Part shown: one piece after another, positions 34,674 through 44,569 of the stretch | How positions within the stretch are numbered: the first letter of the stretch is position 1 | Layout of the letters: each line of letters begins with the position of its first letter | From: an uncultured Rhodospirillaceae bacterium | Lineage (GTDB): Bacteria > Pseudomonadota > Alphaproteobacteria > UBA8366 | Assembly (NCBI GenBank): GCA_964585785.1 | Contig: CAZPFL010000001.1 | Coordinates: 70,097-134,096, forward strand | Direction: 5' to 3' | DNA: 64,000 bases | The notes under the pieces: generated by a model | What the model saw: the letters and a program-made list of their open reading frames with translations, nothing else | Database searches by the model: none | Told to the model about the DNA's origin: nothing | Made by a program: the position numbers and the translations under genes

Positions 34674-36116
34674 ATGCCGGAGCAGATGCTGAAATTCGTC
34701 GACACGCCGCAGCGGATGCCCGAAAAGCGGGATTCGCAGCAGCGGCGCACCGACTTCCTGGAAATCTACAAGCGGTTCGACCCGACCCGAGCCGCCGAAC
34801 AGGCTGCGCGCTGCTCGCAATGCGGCATTCCCTTCTGCCAGCAGCATTGCCCGCTGCACAACAACATCCCCGACTGGCTGATGCTCACCGCCGAAGGCCG
34901 CCTGGAAGAGGCCTACGAGATGTCGTCGTCGACCAACACCTTTCCCGAGGTCTGCGGCCGCATCTGCCCGCAGGACCGTCTGTGCGAAGGGAACTGCGTC
35001 ATCGAGCAGGCGGGCCACGGCACGGTCACGATCGGGACGGTGGAGAGCTACATCACCGAGACGGCCTGGGAGAAGGGCTGGATCAAGCCGGTCGTCCCGG
35101 TTGCCGAGCGCAAGCAGTCGGTCGGCATCATCGGCGCCGGTCCGGCCGGGCTGGCGGCTGCCGAGCGGCTGCGCCGGCTCGGCTATCGGGTGGTGGTCTA
35201 CGACCGCTACGATCGCGTCGGCGGCCTGCTGATTTACGGCATTCCGAATTTCAAGCTGGACAAGGCGATCGTCGACCGTCGGGCCAAATGGCTGATCGAG
35301 AGCGGCGTGACGTTCGAGCTCAATTTCGAGGTCGGCCGCGACGCGACCCTCGCCGAGCTCAAGCAACGGCATGACGCGGTGCTGATCGCCACCGGCGTGT
35401 ACAAGGCGCGCGATATCGCGGCGCCCGGTGTCGGGCTCGGCAACATCGTGCAGGCGATGGATTTTCTGACGGTGAGCAACCGCGAAGGGCTCGGCGACCA
35501 AGTGCCGGCCTTCGATGACGGCTCGCTCAACGCGAAGGGAAAGAATGTCGTCGTCATCGGCGGCGGCGACACTGCGATGGATTGCGTGCGCACCGCCGTT
35601 CGCCAGGGCGCGCTGTCGGTCAAGTGCCTGTATCGGCGCGACCGCGAGAACATGCCGGGATCGGCGCGCGAGGTGAAGCATGCCGAGGAAGAGGGCGTCG
35701 AATTCGTCTGGCTCTCCGCGCCGGAAGCGTTCCTTGGCGACGGTGTGGTGAGCGGCGTGCGGGCCCAGCTCATGCGGCTCGGCCTGCCGGACGCCAGCGG
35801 CCGCCAGACGCCGCAGCCGATCGAGGGCTCGTCCGCCGTGCATGACGCGGAGCTGGTGATAAAGGCGCTCGGCTTCGATCCGGAGGATCTGCCCGTCCTG
35901 TTCGCGGAGCCCGCGCTTCCCGTCACGCGCTGGGGCACGGTGCGGGTCGACTGGCGGTCGATGATGACCGAGATGGACGGCGTCTTCGCGGCCGGCGACA
36001 TCGTGCGCGGCGCCTCGCTCGTGGTGTGGGCGATCCGCGACGGCCGCGACGCCGCGGCGGCGATTCACGATTTCATCGAAAAGCGGCAGAGCGAAACGCT
36101 CGCGCTCGCCTCCTAG
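34674..36116 (+). CDS. gltD: Glutamate synthase (NADPH) small subunit
   Basis: The ORF was trimmed to the ATG at 34674 (MPEQMLKFVDTPQRMP...). It has the Fe-S Cys motifs CSQCGIPFCQQHCP and ICPQDRLCEGNC, plus GAGPAGL. Confidence 0.9.
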   Translation: MPEQMLKFVDTPQRMPEKRDSQQRRTDFLEIYKRFDPTRAAEQAARCSQCGIPFCQQHCPLHNNIPDWLMLTAEGRLEEAYEMSSSTNTFPEVCGRICPQDRLCEGNCVIEQAGHGTVTIGTVESYITETAWEKGWIKPVVPVAERKQSVGIIGAGPAGLAAAERLRRLGYRVVVYDRYDRVGGLLIYGIPNFKLDKAIVDRRAKWLIESGVTFELNFEVGRDATLAELKQRHDAVLIATGVYKARDIAAPGVGLGNIVQAMDFLTVSNREGLGDQVPAFDDGSLNAKGKNVVVIGGGDTAMDCVRTAVRQGALSVKCLYRRDRENMPGSAREVKHAEEEGVEFVWLSAPEAFLGDGVVSGVRAQLMRLGLPDASGRQTPQPIEGSSAVHDAELVIKALGFDPEDLPVLFAEPALPVTRWGTVRVDWRSMMTEMDGVFAAGDIVRGASLVVWAIRDGRDAAAAIHDFIEKRQSETLALAS

Positions 36117-36135
36117 GAATTTGGAGGGTCATGGA

Positions 36136-39100
36136 ATGAACGACTTCGTCGAACGTTGGCGCCGGAACGCAGCGCTGCTGCAGGCGAGCCATGCCTATGA
36201 TCCAGCACAGGAACACGATGCCTGCGGCGTCGGCATGATCGTGGCCATCGACGGCCAGCCGCGGCGCGAGGTCGTGCTCAAGGGCATCGAGGCGCTCAAG
36301 TCGCTGTGGCATCGCGGCGCGGTGGATGCGGACGGCAAGACCGGCGACGGCGCGGGCATCCACGTGCAGATTCCGCAAGACTTCTTCAAGGAGCATATCC
36401 GCCGCACCGGGCACGAGCCGGGCAGCGGGCACCTCGCCGTCGGCATGATTTTCCTGCCGCGCACGGATCTGAGCGCGCAGGAGCGCTGCCGCCAGATCGT
36501 CGAGACCGAGATCCTGCGGTTCGGGCATCGCATCTATGGCTGGCGCCAGGTGCCGGTCAGCGTCGATGTGATCGGCGAGAAGGCGAATGCCACGCGGCCC
36601 GAGATCGAGCAGGTGATGGTGGAGAATGCGCTCGGGGTCGGCGACAGCCAGTTCCAGGTAGACCTCTACATCATCCGCCGGCGCATCGAGAAGGTCGTCC
36701 AGGCAGAAAGCATTGCCGACTTCTATATCTGCTCGCTGAGCTGCCGGTCGGTCATCTACAAGGGGCTGTTCCTGGCCGAACAGCTGACGGCCTTCTATCC
36801 CGACCTGCTGGACGACCGCTTCGTCTCCAACTTCGCGATTTACCACCAGCGCTATTCGACCAACACCTTCCCGACCTGGCGGCTGGCGCAGCCCTTCCGC
36901 GTGCTCGCGCATAACGGCGAGATCAACACGCTGCTCGGCAACGTGAACTGGATGCGGAGCCACGAGACGCGCCTCGCCGACCGCCGATTCGGCGCCTACA
37001 TCAACGACATCAAGCCGGTGATCCAGGCCGGCAGCTCGGATTCGGCGGCGCTCGATGCGGTCTTCGAGCTCCTGGTGCGCACCGCCCGCGAGCTGCCCGA
37101 GGTCAAGTCCCTGCTGATCCCCGAATCCTGGGAGCGCTCGGAGACGCTGCCGCGGTCGCACCGCGACTTCTATGCCTACGGCAACTCCGTCATGGAGCCC
37201 TGGGATGGGCCGGCGGCGATCTGCGCCTATGGCGGCCGATGGGTGCTCGCCGGCATGGACCGCAACGGGCTTCGGCCGATGCGCTATGTCGTCACCAACG
37301 ACGGCCTGCTCATCGTCGGGTCCGAGGCCGGCATGGTGAAGGTCGACGAAGCGACGGTCGTCGAAAAAGGCCGGGTCGGTCCGGGCCAGATGATTGGCGT
37401 GCAGCTCGCCGAAGGCCGTTTCTATCACGACCGCGAGCTGAAGGACGTGGTCGCCGGGCTCCGGCCTTTCGGCAAGTGGCTGAAGAAGCTGACCAAGCTC
37501 AGCAACGCCGCCATCGCGAACGCGCGCAAGGCCGCGCCCATGTCGCGCGACGACCTGCGCCGCTGGGAAGTCACGGTCGGATGGAGCATGGAAGATCTCG
37601 AGATGATCCTCCATCCCATGGCCGAAACCGGTAAGGAAGCGACAGGCTCGATGGGCGACGACGCGCCGATCGCCGTGCTGTCCGAAAAGTACCGCGGCCT
37701 GCACCATTTCTTCCGGCAGAATTTCAGCCAGGTCACCAATCCGCCGATCGACAGCCTGCGCGAGCGGCGCGTGATGAGCCTGACGACGCGGCTCGGCAAT
37801 CTCGGCAACATCCTGGACGAGGACGAGAGCCAGCTCGAATTCCTGCAGCTCGACTCGCCGATCCTGCTGACCGAAGAATATGTCGCGCTGCGCAACAAGC
37901 TCGGCGACGCGGCCGCGGTGATCGACTGCACCTTCCCGCTCGACGGCGGGCCGCATGCGCTCGGCGACGCCGTGAAGCGGATCCAGTCCGAGGCTGAAGA
38001 CGCGGTGCGCGGCGGCCACACCAATCTCATCCTTACCGACGAGCACGTCACCCGTGACCGGGCGGCGTTGCCGATGATTCTCGCGACCGGCGCGGTGCAT
38101 ACGCATCTGGTGCGGACGCAGCTTCGCACCTTCACCTCGATCAACGTGCGCAGCGCGGAATGTCTCGACGTGCATTATTTCGCGGTGCTGGTCGGGGTCG
38201 GCGCGACGACCGTGAATGCCTGGCTCGCGCAGGAGGCGATCGCCGACCGCCATCGCCGCGGCCTGTTCGGCAAGCAGCCGCTCGAGCGCATCGTCGGGCG
38301 CTACAAGCGGTCGGTCGAGGACGGCCTGCTCAAGATCATTTCCAAGATGGGCATCGCGATCATCAGCTCCTATCGCGGCGGCTACAATTTCGAGGCCGTC
38401 GGGTTGTCGCGTTCGCTCGTGGCGGAATTTTTCCCCGGGCTGGCGAGCCGGATCTCCGGTATCGGCCTGACCGGCATTCAGAAGAAGGTCTCGGAAATTC
38501 ACCGCCGCGGCTTCGCCGAGGACGTGATCGCGCTGCCGGTCGGCGGCTTCTACCGCTATCGCCGCAGCGGCGAGGCGCATTACTGGGACGGCAACCTGAT
38601 CCACCAGTTGCAGAACGCGGTGGAGACCGACTCCTACGGCGCCTACAAGCGCTACAGCGATCGGGTCGTCACGCTGCCGCCGATCAACCTGCGCGACCTG
38701 CTCGATTTCGCGCCCAAGAATCCGTCGATCAACGTCGATGAGGTCGAGTCGATCACGCGGATCCGCAAGGCGCTGGTGGCGCCGGGTATTTCGCTCGGCG
38801 CGCTGTCGCCGGAGGCGCATGAGACGCTGTCGATCGCGATGAACCGGATCGGCGCGAAGTCGGATTCCGGCGAAGGCGGCGAGGACCCGGCGCGCTACCG
38901 TCCGAAGCTCAACGGCGACAACGCGTCGAGCGCGATCAAGCAGATCGCGTCGGGCCGTTTCGGCGTGACGGCCGAATATCTCAACAACTGCCGCGAGATC
39001 GAGATCAAGGTGGCGCAGGGCGCCAAGCCGGGCGAGGGCGGCCAGCTGCCCGGGCTCAAGGTGACCGAGCTGATCGCGCGGCTGCGCCATTCGACGCCCG

Positions 39101-40677
39101 GCGTGACGTTGATCTCGCCGCCGCCGCACCACGACATCTATTCGATCGAGGACCTCGCCCAGCTGATCTATGACCTGAAGCAGATCAATCCCGACGCGTC
39201 GGTCTGCGTGAAGCTGGTCGCGCGCACCGGCATCGGCACGATCGCCGCGGGCGTGGCCAAGGCGAAGGCGGATGTCATCCTCATCTCCGGCCACTCCGGC
39301 GGCACCGGCGCCTCGCCGCAGAGCTCGATCAAATATGCCGGCATCCCCTGGGAGATGGGCCTGTCCGAGGTGCATCAGGTGCTGACGCTCAACGGCCTGC
39401 GCCATCTCGTCAAGTTGCGGACAGACGGCGGAATCAAGACGGGCCGGGACGTCGTCATGGCGGCGATGCTGGGCGCCGAGGAGTACGGCATCGGCACCGC
39501 GTCGCTGGTGGCGATGGGCTGCATCCTTGTGCGCCAGTGCCATTCCAACACCTGCCCGGTCGGCGTCTGCTCGCAGAACCCGGCGCTGCGCGAAAAATTC
39601 ACCGGCACGCCGGAGAAGGTCGTCAACCTGTTCAGCTTCATCGCCGAGGAAGTGCGCGAGATCCTGGCCTCCCTGGGCGCGCGCACGCTGGACGAGGTGG
39701 TCGGGCGAACCGATCTCCTGCGGCAGGTCAGCCGTGGCGCCGAGCATCTCGACGACCTGGACCTCAATCCCATTCTGGCGCGCGCGGACTCCGGCGACCA
39801 TCCCGTGCGCTGCACGATCGAAGGCCCGAACAAGGTGCCGGAGTCGCTCGATGCGCTGATGATCAAGGACGCCGCGCCGCTGTTCAGCCACGGCGAGAAG
39901 ATGCAGCTGCAATACAACGTGCAGAACACGTTGCGCGCGATCGGGACCAAGCTGTCGTCGCGGATCACGCGCCAGTTCGGCATGACCGGGCTCCGGCCGG
40001 ATCACGTCACGGTGCGGCTGCGCGGCACAGCGGGGCAGTCACTCGGCGCCTTCGCGGTGCAGGGGCTGCGGCTCGAGGTGTTCGGTGAGGCCAACGACTA
40101 TGTCGGCAAGGGGCTGTCGGGCGGCACGATCGTCGTGCGGACGCTGACGTCCTCTCCGCTCGCCTCGAACGAGAACACGATCGTCGGCAACACGGTTCTC
40201 TACGGCGCCACGGCCGGCAAGCTGTTCGCGGCCGGCCAGGCGGGTGAGCGCTTCGCCGTGCGCAATTCCGGCGCCGAGACCGTGGTCGAAGGCTGCGGCT
40301 CGAACGGCTGCGAATATATGACCGGCGGGACGGCGGTCATTCTTGGCTCGGTCGGCGACAATTTCGCCGCGGGCATGACCGGCGGCATGGCCTTCGTCTA
40401 TGACGCCGATGGGGATTTCGAGCATCGGATCAACACCGAGTCGGTCGTCTACCAGCGTATCGAGACGGCGTTCTGGGAAGACGTCTGCCGCAGCCTCATT
40501 GCCGAGCACCGGGAGGCGACGCAGTCCGGCTGGGCGGCGAGCATTCTCGCCAATTGGGAGGTCGAGCGGCCGCGGTTCTGGCAGATCGTTCCGAAGGAAA
40601 TGATCGGCCGGCTCGAGCATCCGGCGACGGTGGCGCAGATCGAGGCCGCCCGGGCGATCGAGGGCAACGCGGACTGA
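36136..40677 (+). CDS. gltB: Glutamate synthase (NADPH) large subunit
   Basis: About 1513 aa. GGAGGG precedes the ATG at 36136 by 6 nt. The amidotransferase N-terminus is EHDACGVG, and the FMN/3Fe-4S and GXGXG C-terminal domains are recognisable. Confidence 0.95.
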   Translation: MNDFVERWRRNAALLQASHAYDPAQEHDACGVGMIVAIDGQPRREVVLKGIEALKSLWHRGAVDADGKTGDGAGIHVQIPQDFFKEHIRRTGHEPGSGHLAVGMIFLPRTDLSAQERCRQIVETEILRFGHRIYGWRQVPVSVDVIGEKANATRPEIEQVMVENALGVGDSQFQVDLYIIRRRIEKVVQAESIADFYICSLSCRSVIYKGLFLAEQLTAFYPDLLDDRFVSNFAIYHQRYSTNTFPTWRLAQPFRVLAHNGEINTLLGNVNWMRSHETRLADRRFGAYINDIKPVIQAGSSDSAALDAVFELLVRTARELPEVKSLLIPESWERSETLPRSHRDFYAYGNSVMEPWDGPAAICAYGGRWVLAGMDRNGLRPMRYVVTNDGLLIVGSEAGMVKVDEATVVEKGRVGPGQMIGVQLAEGRFYHDRELKDVVAGLRPFGKWLKKLTKLSNAAIANARKAAPMSRDDLRRWEVTVGWSMEDLEMILHPMAETGKEATGSMGDDAPIAVLSEKYRGLHHFFRQNFSQVTNPPIDSLRERRVMSLTTRLGNLGNILDEDESQLEFLQLDSPILLTEEYVALRNKLGDAAAVIDCTFPLDGGPHALGDAVKRIQSEAEDAVRGGHTNLILTDEHVTRDRAALPMILATGAVHTHLVRTQLRTFTSINVRSAECLDVHYFAVLVGVGATTVNAWLAQEAIADRHRRGLFGKQPLERIVGRYKRSVEDGLLKIISKMGIAIISSYRGGYNFEAVGLSRSLVAEFFPGLASRISGIGLTGIQKKVSEIHRRGFAEDVIALPVGGFYRYRRSGEAHYWDGNLIHQLQNAVETDSYGAYKRYSDRVVTLPPINLRDLLDFAPKNPSINVDEVESITRIRKALVAPGISLGALSPEAHETLSIAMNRIGAKSDSGEGGEDPARYRPKLNGDNASSAIKQIASGRFGVTAEYLNNCREIEIKVAQGAKPGEGGQLPGLKVTELIARLRHSTPGVTLISPPPHHDIYSIEDLAQLIYDLKQINPDASVCVKLVARTGIGTIAAGVAKAKADVILISGHSGGTGASPQSSIKYAGIPWEMGLSEVHQVLTLNGLRHLVKLRTDGGIKTGRDVVMAAMLGAEEYGIGTASLVAMGCILVRQCHSNTCPVGVCSQNPALREKFTGTPEKVVNLFSFIAEEVREILASLGARTLDEVVGRTDLLRQVSRGAEHLDDLDLNPILARADSGDHPVRCTIEGPNKVPESLDALMIKDAAPLFSHGEKMQLQYNVQNTLRAIGTKLSSRITRQFGMTGLRPDHVTVRLRGTAGQSLGAFAVQGLRLEVFGEANDYVGKGLSGGTIVVRTLTSSPLASNENTIVGNTVLYGATAGKLFAAGQAGERFAVRNSGAETVVEGCGSNGCEYMTGGTAVILGSVGDNFAAGMTGGMAFVYDADGDFEHRINTESVVYQRIETAFWEDVCRSLIAEHREATQSGWAASILANWEVERPRFWQIVPKEMIGRLEHPATVAQIEAARAIEGNAD

Positions 40678-41119
40678 CCGGGGCAACTTGGCGCCATTGC
40701 CAAGCTGCCCGCCGCGCACGCGCTTTCGGTCGGACACGACAGCAGGCGTCATAGTCCGCCGCCAACGCGGTTGCGGCTTTGGCTACCCGGAGAAATCGGC
40801 GCCCATGGACACCCCGGTCAAGCCTACTGCTGTCCGGTTAGGTTCGGTTTACGGTTCAGAACGAAGAATCGTGGATGCGCGTATCAAGTGCGCACATGGT
40901 GTTTTTATTTAAATTCAATACCTTGCCGCCGTGCCTGGGCTTGACTCGGGCACCCACGAATAGCCAACTGCCTTGGAAAAGGTGGCGGCGTCTCAGCTGT
41001 ATTCTTTCCAGTGCCGCGCCCGCGATTCCAAGACCATCTTGGCGCCATGGGGAAATCCATCACGGATATTATGTTGCGAATGATTTTTATTTGCAGAAAA
41101 GCTAGCGCCATGCGATAGT

Positions 41120-41252
41120 CCCGGTCGACGAGCGTTTGTTCGTCGCGCTGTCTGCATCGACGTCGCGTTCCATCCTAAACGCGTCCCTTTCCTTAGCGTT
41201 CGATGCGGGAAACTTCCCCAACCCCCGCCGTTTCGCCGGCGGGGGTTTCTTT
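41120..41252 (+). ncRNA. Candidate small RNA (promoter-like element, three hairpins, intrinsic terminator)
   Basis: TTGCAG (41091-41096)-17 nt-GATAGT (41114-41119) is promoter-like. Hairpins include CGACGA/TCGTCG and AACGC/GCGTT, the latter with the C/U-rich loop GTCCCTTTCCTTA. The terminator is at 41222-41252. There is no credible ORF. Confidence 0.3.
41222..41252 (+). terminator. Rho-independent terminator
   Basis: CCCCCGCCG / loop TTTCGC / CGGCGGGGG forms a 9-bp GC stem, followed by TTTCTTT. Confidence 0.6.
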
Positions 41253-41315
41253 CGCCGAGCCCGGCAGTGACTCAAGGGAGTTTCCCGGTAAACGGGCGGA
41301 GACTATAGTCCCGCC

Positions 41316-41984
41316 ATGCACAGGCTCTATCACCTTTGGCTGTCGCCCTTCTGCCGCAAGATTCGGGTGGCGCTCGCCGAAAAGAAGCTGGATTTCGAGC
41401 TCCGGATCGAAAAGGTCTGGGAGCGGCGCGAGGCCTTTCTCGCGATGAACCCGTCCGGCCAGGTGCCGGTGCTGGAGATTTCAGGCGGCCCCGTGCTCGC
41501 CGATTCGGTTGCGATTTCGGAATATCTCGAAGAGGTCTATCCGGAGCCGAACCTTCTCGGCCGCAACCCCGAGGCGCGCGCGGAGACGCGGCGGCTCGTC
41601 GCCTGGTTCGATCAGAAGTTCAATTCGGAAGTGACGGCAATGCTGGTGCATCAGAAGATCACCAAGCGCCTGCTGTCGCTCGGCGAGCCGGATTCGATGG
41701 CGATCCGGGCGGGAAACACCAATATTCACATGCACATGGAGTATGTCGCCTGGCTCACCGAGGACCGGCGCTGGCTGGCCGGGGACGAGTTCTCGCTCGC
41801 CGACATCGCCGCCGCTGCGCATTTTTCCTGCGTGGACTATCTCGGCGACGTGCCGTGGGATGACCACCCGCGGGCCAAGGACTGGTATGCCCGTATCAAG
41901 TCGCGCCCGAGCTTCCGCGGCATTCTGGGCGATCACATTCCCGGCTATCCGCCGCCGAAAGACTACGCGGATCTCGATTTTTAG
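41316..41984 (+). CDS. Glutathione S-transferase family protein
   Basis: 222 aa. The thioredoxin-like N-domain is LWLSPFCRKIR...QVPVLE...DSVAISEYL, followed by a helical C-domain. Confidence 0.85.
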   Translation: MHRLYHLWLSPFCRKIRVALAEKKLDFELRIEKVWERREAFLAMNPSGQVPVLEISGGPVLADSVAISEYLEEVYPEPNLLGRNPEARAETRRLVAWFDQKFNSEVTAMLVHQKITKRLLSLGEPDSMAIRAGNTNIHMHMEYVAWLTEDRRWLAGDEFSLADIAAAAHFSCVDYLGDVPWDDHPRAKDWYARIKSRPSFRGILGDHIPGYPPPKDYADLDF

Positions 41985-42763
41985 TGCTTTGCCGCTGCTT
42001 TCGCGGGTTCGCGGAGGTAACGTCTGGCCGCCTCCGCGGCGACGCTGTCGGGGTGGCGCTCGACCAGCGTCTCCCAGTCGGTGCGGGCGCCTTTTTCGTC
42101 GCCGGCCTGCTTGCGCAGAAGCCCGCGCTCGAGCAGGGCGTCCGGATGGTCGGGCGTCATCGCCAGGGCGCGCTTGAGGTCGTCGGCCGCCTCGGCCGCC
42201 TGGCCGGTGTGGCGATAGGCGCTGGCGCGCAAGACGAAGGCCTCGGTCGATTTGGGATTGAGCAGGATGCTCGCGCTGAGATCCATGATGGCGTCCTGAT
42301 AGCGCCCGGCGGCCGCGTAGGCCATGGCGCGGTCGATGCGCATTTCCGGGTCCCGCGGCTGGAGCTCGATGGCGGCGGACAGCAGCGCGTCGGCCTTTGT
42401 CGGCTGCTGCGCGTCGAGCCAGAGCTGACCGGCCTGGGCCAGGACCTGGGCGCGTGCCGAGTCGGGGGTCGCCTCGGGCAGGTCCCAGGCGAGCGACTCG
42501 AGCTGATCGGCCGCGTCGGGAAAATTGCCCATCGCCGCCAGCGCCATCGCCGCGCAATGACGCGCGCCGTTGCCGCCGCCCGCCTGCTCCCAGCCCAGCG
42601 CGGCTTCGAGCGCGTCTTCCGGCCGCTCATGGACCAGCTTCATGCAGCTGTCGTAGTCGTGGACGGCGACCGGGTTGCCGCGGGTCTCTGCCGCGAAGGA
42701 CGCGGGGGCTGCGATCAGGGCTGCGGCCAGGGCGCCGGCGAACAAGCGTGGGGCAAGGGTCAT
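41981..42763 (-). CDS. Secreted tetratricopeptide-repeat (TPR) protein
   Basis: The ORF was trimmed to the ATG at 42763 (MTLAPRLFAGALAAALIAAPASFA/AE signal peptide). Repeated A..Y...G...A/D motifs are present. Its stop codon overlaps the GST stop on the opposite strand (TTAG). Confidence 0.7.
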   Translation of the reverse strand: MTLAPRLFAGALAAALIAAPASFAAETRGNPVAVHDYDSCMKLVHERPEDALEAALGWEQAGGGNGARHCAAMALAAMGNFPDAADQLESLAWDLPEATPDSARAQVLAQAGQLWLDAQQPTKADALLSAAIELQPRDPEMRIDRAMAYAAAGRYQDAIMDLSASILLNPKSTEAFVLRASAYRHTGQAAEAADDLKRALAMTPDHPDALLERGLLRKQAGDEKGARTDWETLVERHPDSVAAEAARRYLREPAKAAAKH

Positions 42764-42843
42764 GGGGTTGTCTCGCGGGTGCACCACCCCTAGAGTCCGC
42801 CCTTCGCGCTGATCGTTCAAGCCCGGAATCGCATATTCAGACC

Positions 42844-43725
42844 ATGACCGCCGCGGCGTCGCGCCTCTTCTGCTTTGGCTTGGGCTACTCGGCCCTTGCG
42901 CTTGCCGAGGCATTGGCCGGGCGGGGATGGCGGGTCGCCGGCACCTGCCGTAGCGCCGAGAAGCGGCAGGCGATGATGTCGCGCGGCATCGAGGCGTATC
43001 TCTTCGACCGGGACCGGCCGCTCGAGGATGCGACAGCGGTCTTGGCTGGAACGACCCACCTACTCAGTTCCGTGCCGCCGGATGCGGCGGGCGACCCCGT
43101 GCTCGACCGGCATGCGGACGCGATCGGCGGGCTCCAAGGGCTTTCCTGGGCCGGCTATCTGTCGACGACCGGCGTTTATGGCGATCACGGAGGCGGCTGG
43201 GTCGACGAGGACACGCCCCGCAGGCCGAGCGGCGAGCGCGGGCGGCGGCGGGTCGCGGCGGAAGACGCCTGGCTTGGCCTCCGGCGCCGCTATCGGACGC
43301 CGGTGCACCTGTTCCGTCTCGCCGGGATCTACGGACCCGGGCGCAACGCGCTGGAAAATATCAAAGCCGGGACGGCGCGGCGGATCGTCAAGCCGGGCCA
43401 GGTGTTCAGCCGCATCCATCGCGACGATATCGTCCAGGCCTTGATGGCTTCGATGCAGGCGCCCAACCCCGGTGCTGCCTACAATATCTGCGACGACGAG
43501 GCGGCGCCGCCGCAGGACGTGATCACCTATGCCTGTGGCTTGCTCGGCCGCGCCCCGCCGCCCGAGATCCCGTTTTCCGAGGCGACGCTGTCGCCGATGG
43601 CGCGCAGCTTCTATGACGACAACAAGCGCGTCCGCAATGACCGTATGAAACAGGAACTCGGCGTGCGGCTGAAGTGGCCGACCTATCGTGAGGGACTCGC
43701 AGGGCTGATTGCGGCCGGCGGATAG
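42844..43725 (+). CDS. SDR-family NAD(P)-dependent oxidoreductase/epimerase
   Basis: Only the last 293 aa of the track ORF 42397..43725 are credible, starting at the ATG at 42844 (MTAAASRLFCFGLGYSALALA...). It also has STTGVYGD and RLAGIYGPGR. Confidence 0.75.
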   Translation: MTAAASRLFCFGLGYSALALAEALAGRGWRVAGTCRSAEKRQAMMSRGIEAYLFDRDRPLEDATAVLAGTTHLLSSVPPDAAGDPVLDRHADAIGGLQGLSWAGYLSTTGVYGDHGGGWVDEDTPRRPSGERGRRRVAAEDAWLGLRRRYRTPVHLFRLAGIYGPGRNALENIKAGTARRIVKPGQVFSRIHRDDIVQALMASMQAPNPGAAYNICDDEAAPPQDVITYACGLLGRAPPPEIPFSEATLSPMARSFYDDNKRVRNDRMKQELGVRLKWPTYREGLAGLIAAGG

Positions 43726-43742
43726 ATGCCCGGTCGGCGCCC

Positions 43743-44537
43743 TTAGCCTTGCCGCAGCCGGTCGCTGAGTTCGTCCACGGTCCGCGTGAGCCGGGCAAGA
43801 TCCTCGGGACGCGACAGGCGGTGGTCGCCGTCCTTCACGAGCGTGACCTCGACGGAATCGCTCGCCAGCGCCGCCGCGGTATCGAGCGACAGTTGCCAGG
43901 GAACCGCATCGTCGCGCTGGCCGTGCAACAGCCGCACCGGGCCCGTGAACGGGATGGGCCCCGGCAGCAGCAGGTGATTCCGGCCCTCCTCGATCAGCGT
44001 CATCGTGATCGGATAGCCGGCCGGCTCGTATTCCGACGGCCGCATCCAGAGACCCTCGGTCTGCAACAGCCGGCGGGTCGCGTCGTCGACCCGGTTCCAC
44101 ATCCGTTGCGTGAGGTCGACCGCGGCGGCGATGCCGACGATCCCGGCGATCCGCTCGGGCCGCGCCCGCGCCGCCAGCAGGGCGATCCAGCCGCCCAACG
44201 ACGAACCAACGATGACCTGCGGCCCCGCGGTGACCGAATCGATGACGGCGAGCGTGTCCGCAAGCCAGTCGCCGATGGTACATTCGGTGAATTCACCGGA
44301 TGACTGACCGTGCCCTTGATAGTCGAATCGGGTGAATTGCTGGCCCTTGGATTGGCAGCTCGCCTCCAGCGCGAGCGCCTTTCCGCCCTCCATATTGGAG
44401 CGGAAGCCCGTGCAGAAAATGACGCCGGGTCCCGCCCCGGGCGTGTGATGGTAGGCGATGGCCGCGCCGTTATCGCGGTGCAGTGTTGCCGCTTTCGTTG
44501 CCACGGGATATGTCCTTGCCATGGAACCCTCCGCCAC
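43743..44537 (-). CDS. Alpha/beta hydrolase
   Basis: 264 aa, with HGQSSG, the nucleophile elbow GSSLGG and a C-terminal DGDHRL. Confidence 0.75.
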   Translation of the reverse strand: MAEGSMARTYPVATKAATLHRDNGAAIAYHHTPGAGPGVIFCTGFRSNMEGGKALALEASCQSKGQQFTRFDYQGHGQSSGEFTECTIGDWLADTLAVIDSVTAGPQVIVGSSLGGWIALLAARARPERIAGIVGIAAAVDLTQRMWNRVDDATRRLLQTEGLWMRPSEYEPAGYPITMTLIEEGRNHLLLPGPIPFTGPVRLLHGQRDDAVPWQLSLDTAAALASDSVEVTLVKDGDHRLSRPEDLARLTRTVDELSDRLRQG

Positions 44538-44569
44538 GCCGTACGAACGGAAGCCGCCGCAAACCTATC

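Noticed and set aside
36073-40005. A 1310-aa uninterrupted ORF on the minus strand, antisense to gltB.
   Set aside because: This is a shadow ORF typical of high-GC genomes with strong GC3 bias on the sense strand. The translation is low-complexity and rich in R, A, D, G and L, with no recognisable motifs. The plus strand encodes an unmistakable GltB. The same reasoning applies to 1234..2934, 7655..8695, 8578..9921, 12710..13846, 15012..16526, 34455..36068, 44000..45817, 46758..48737, 51038..52042, 52042..53304, 58018..60075 and 62914..63885.
40688-41111. Small ORFs in the gltB-GST gap (40688..40912 +, 40875..41105 +, 40905..41111 -).
   Set aside because: They have no RBS, no GC3 bias and mutually overlapping frames, and their peptides are not protein-like. 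The region is better explained as non-coding DNA (see the sRNA candidate).
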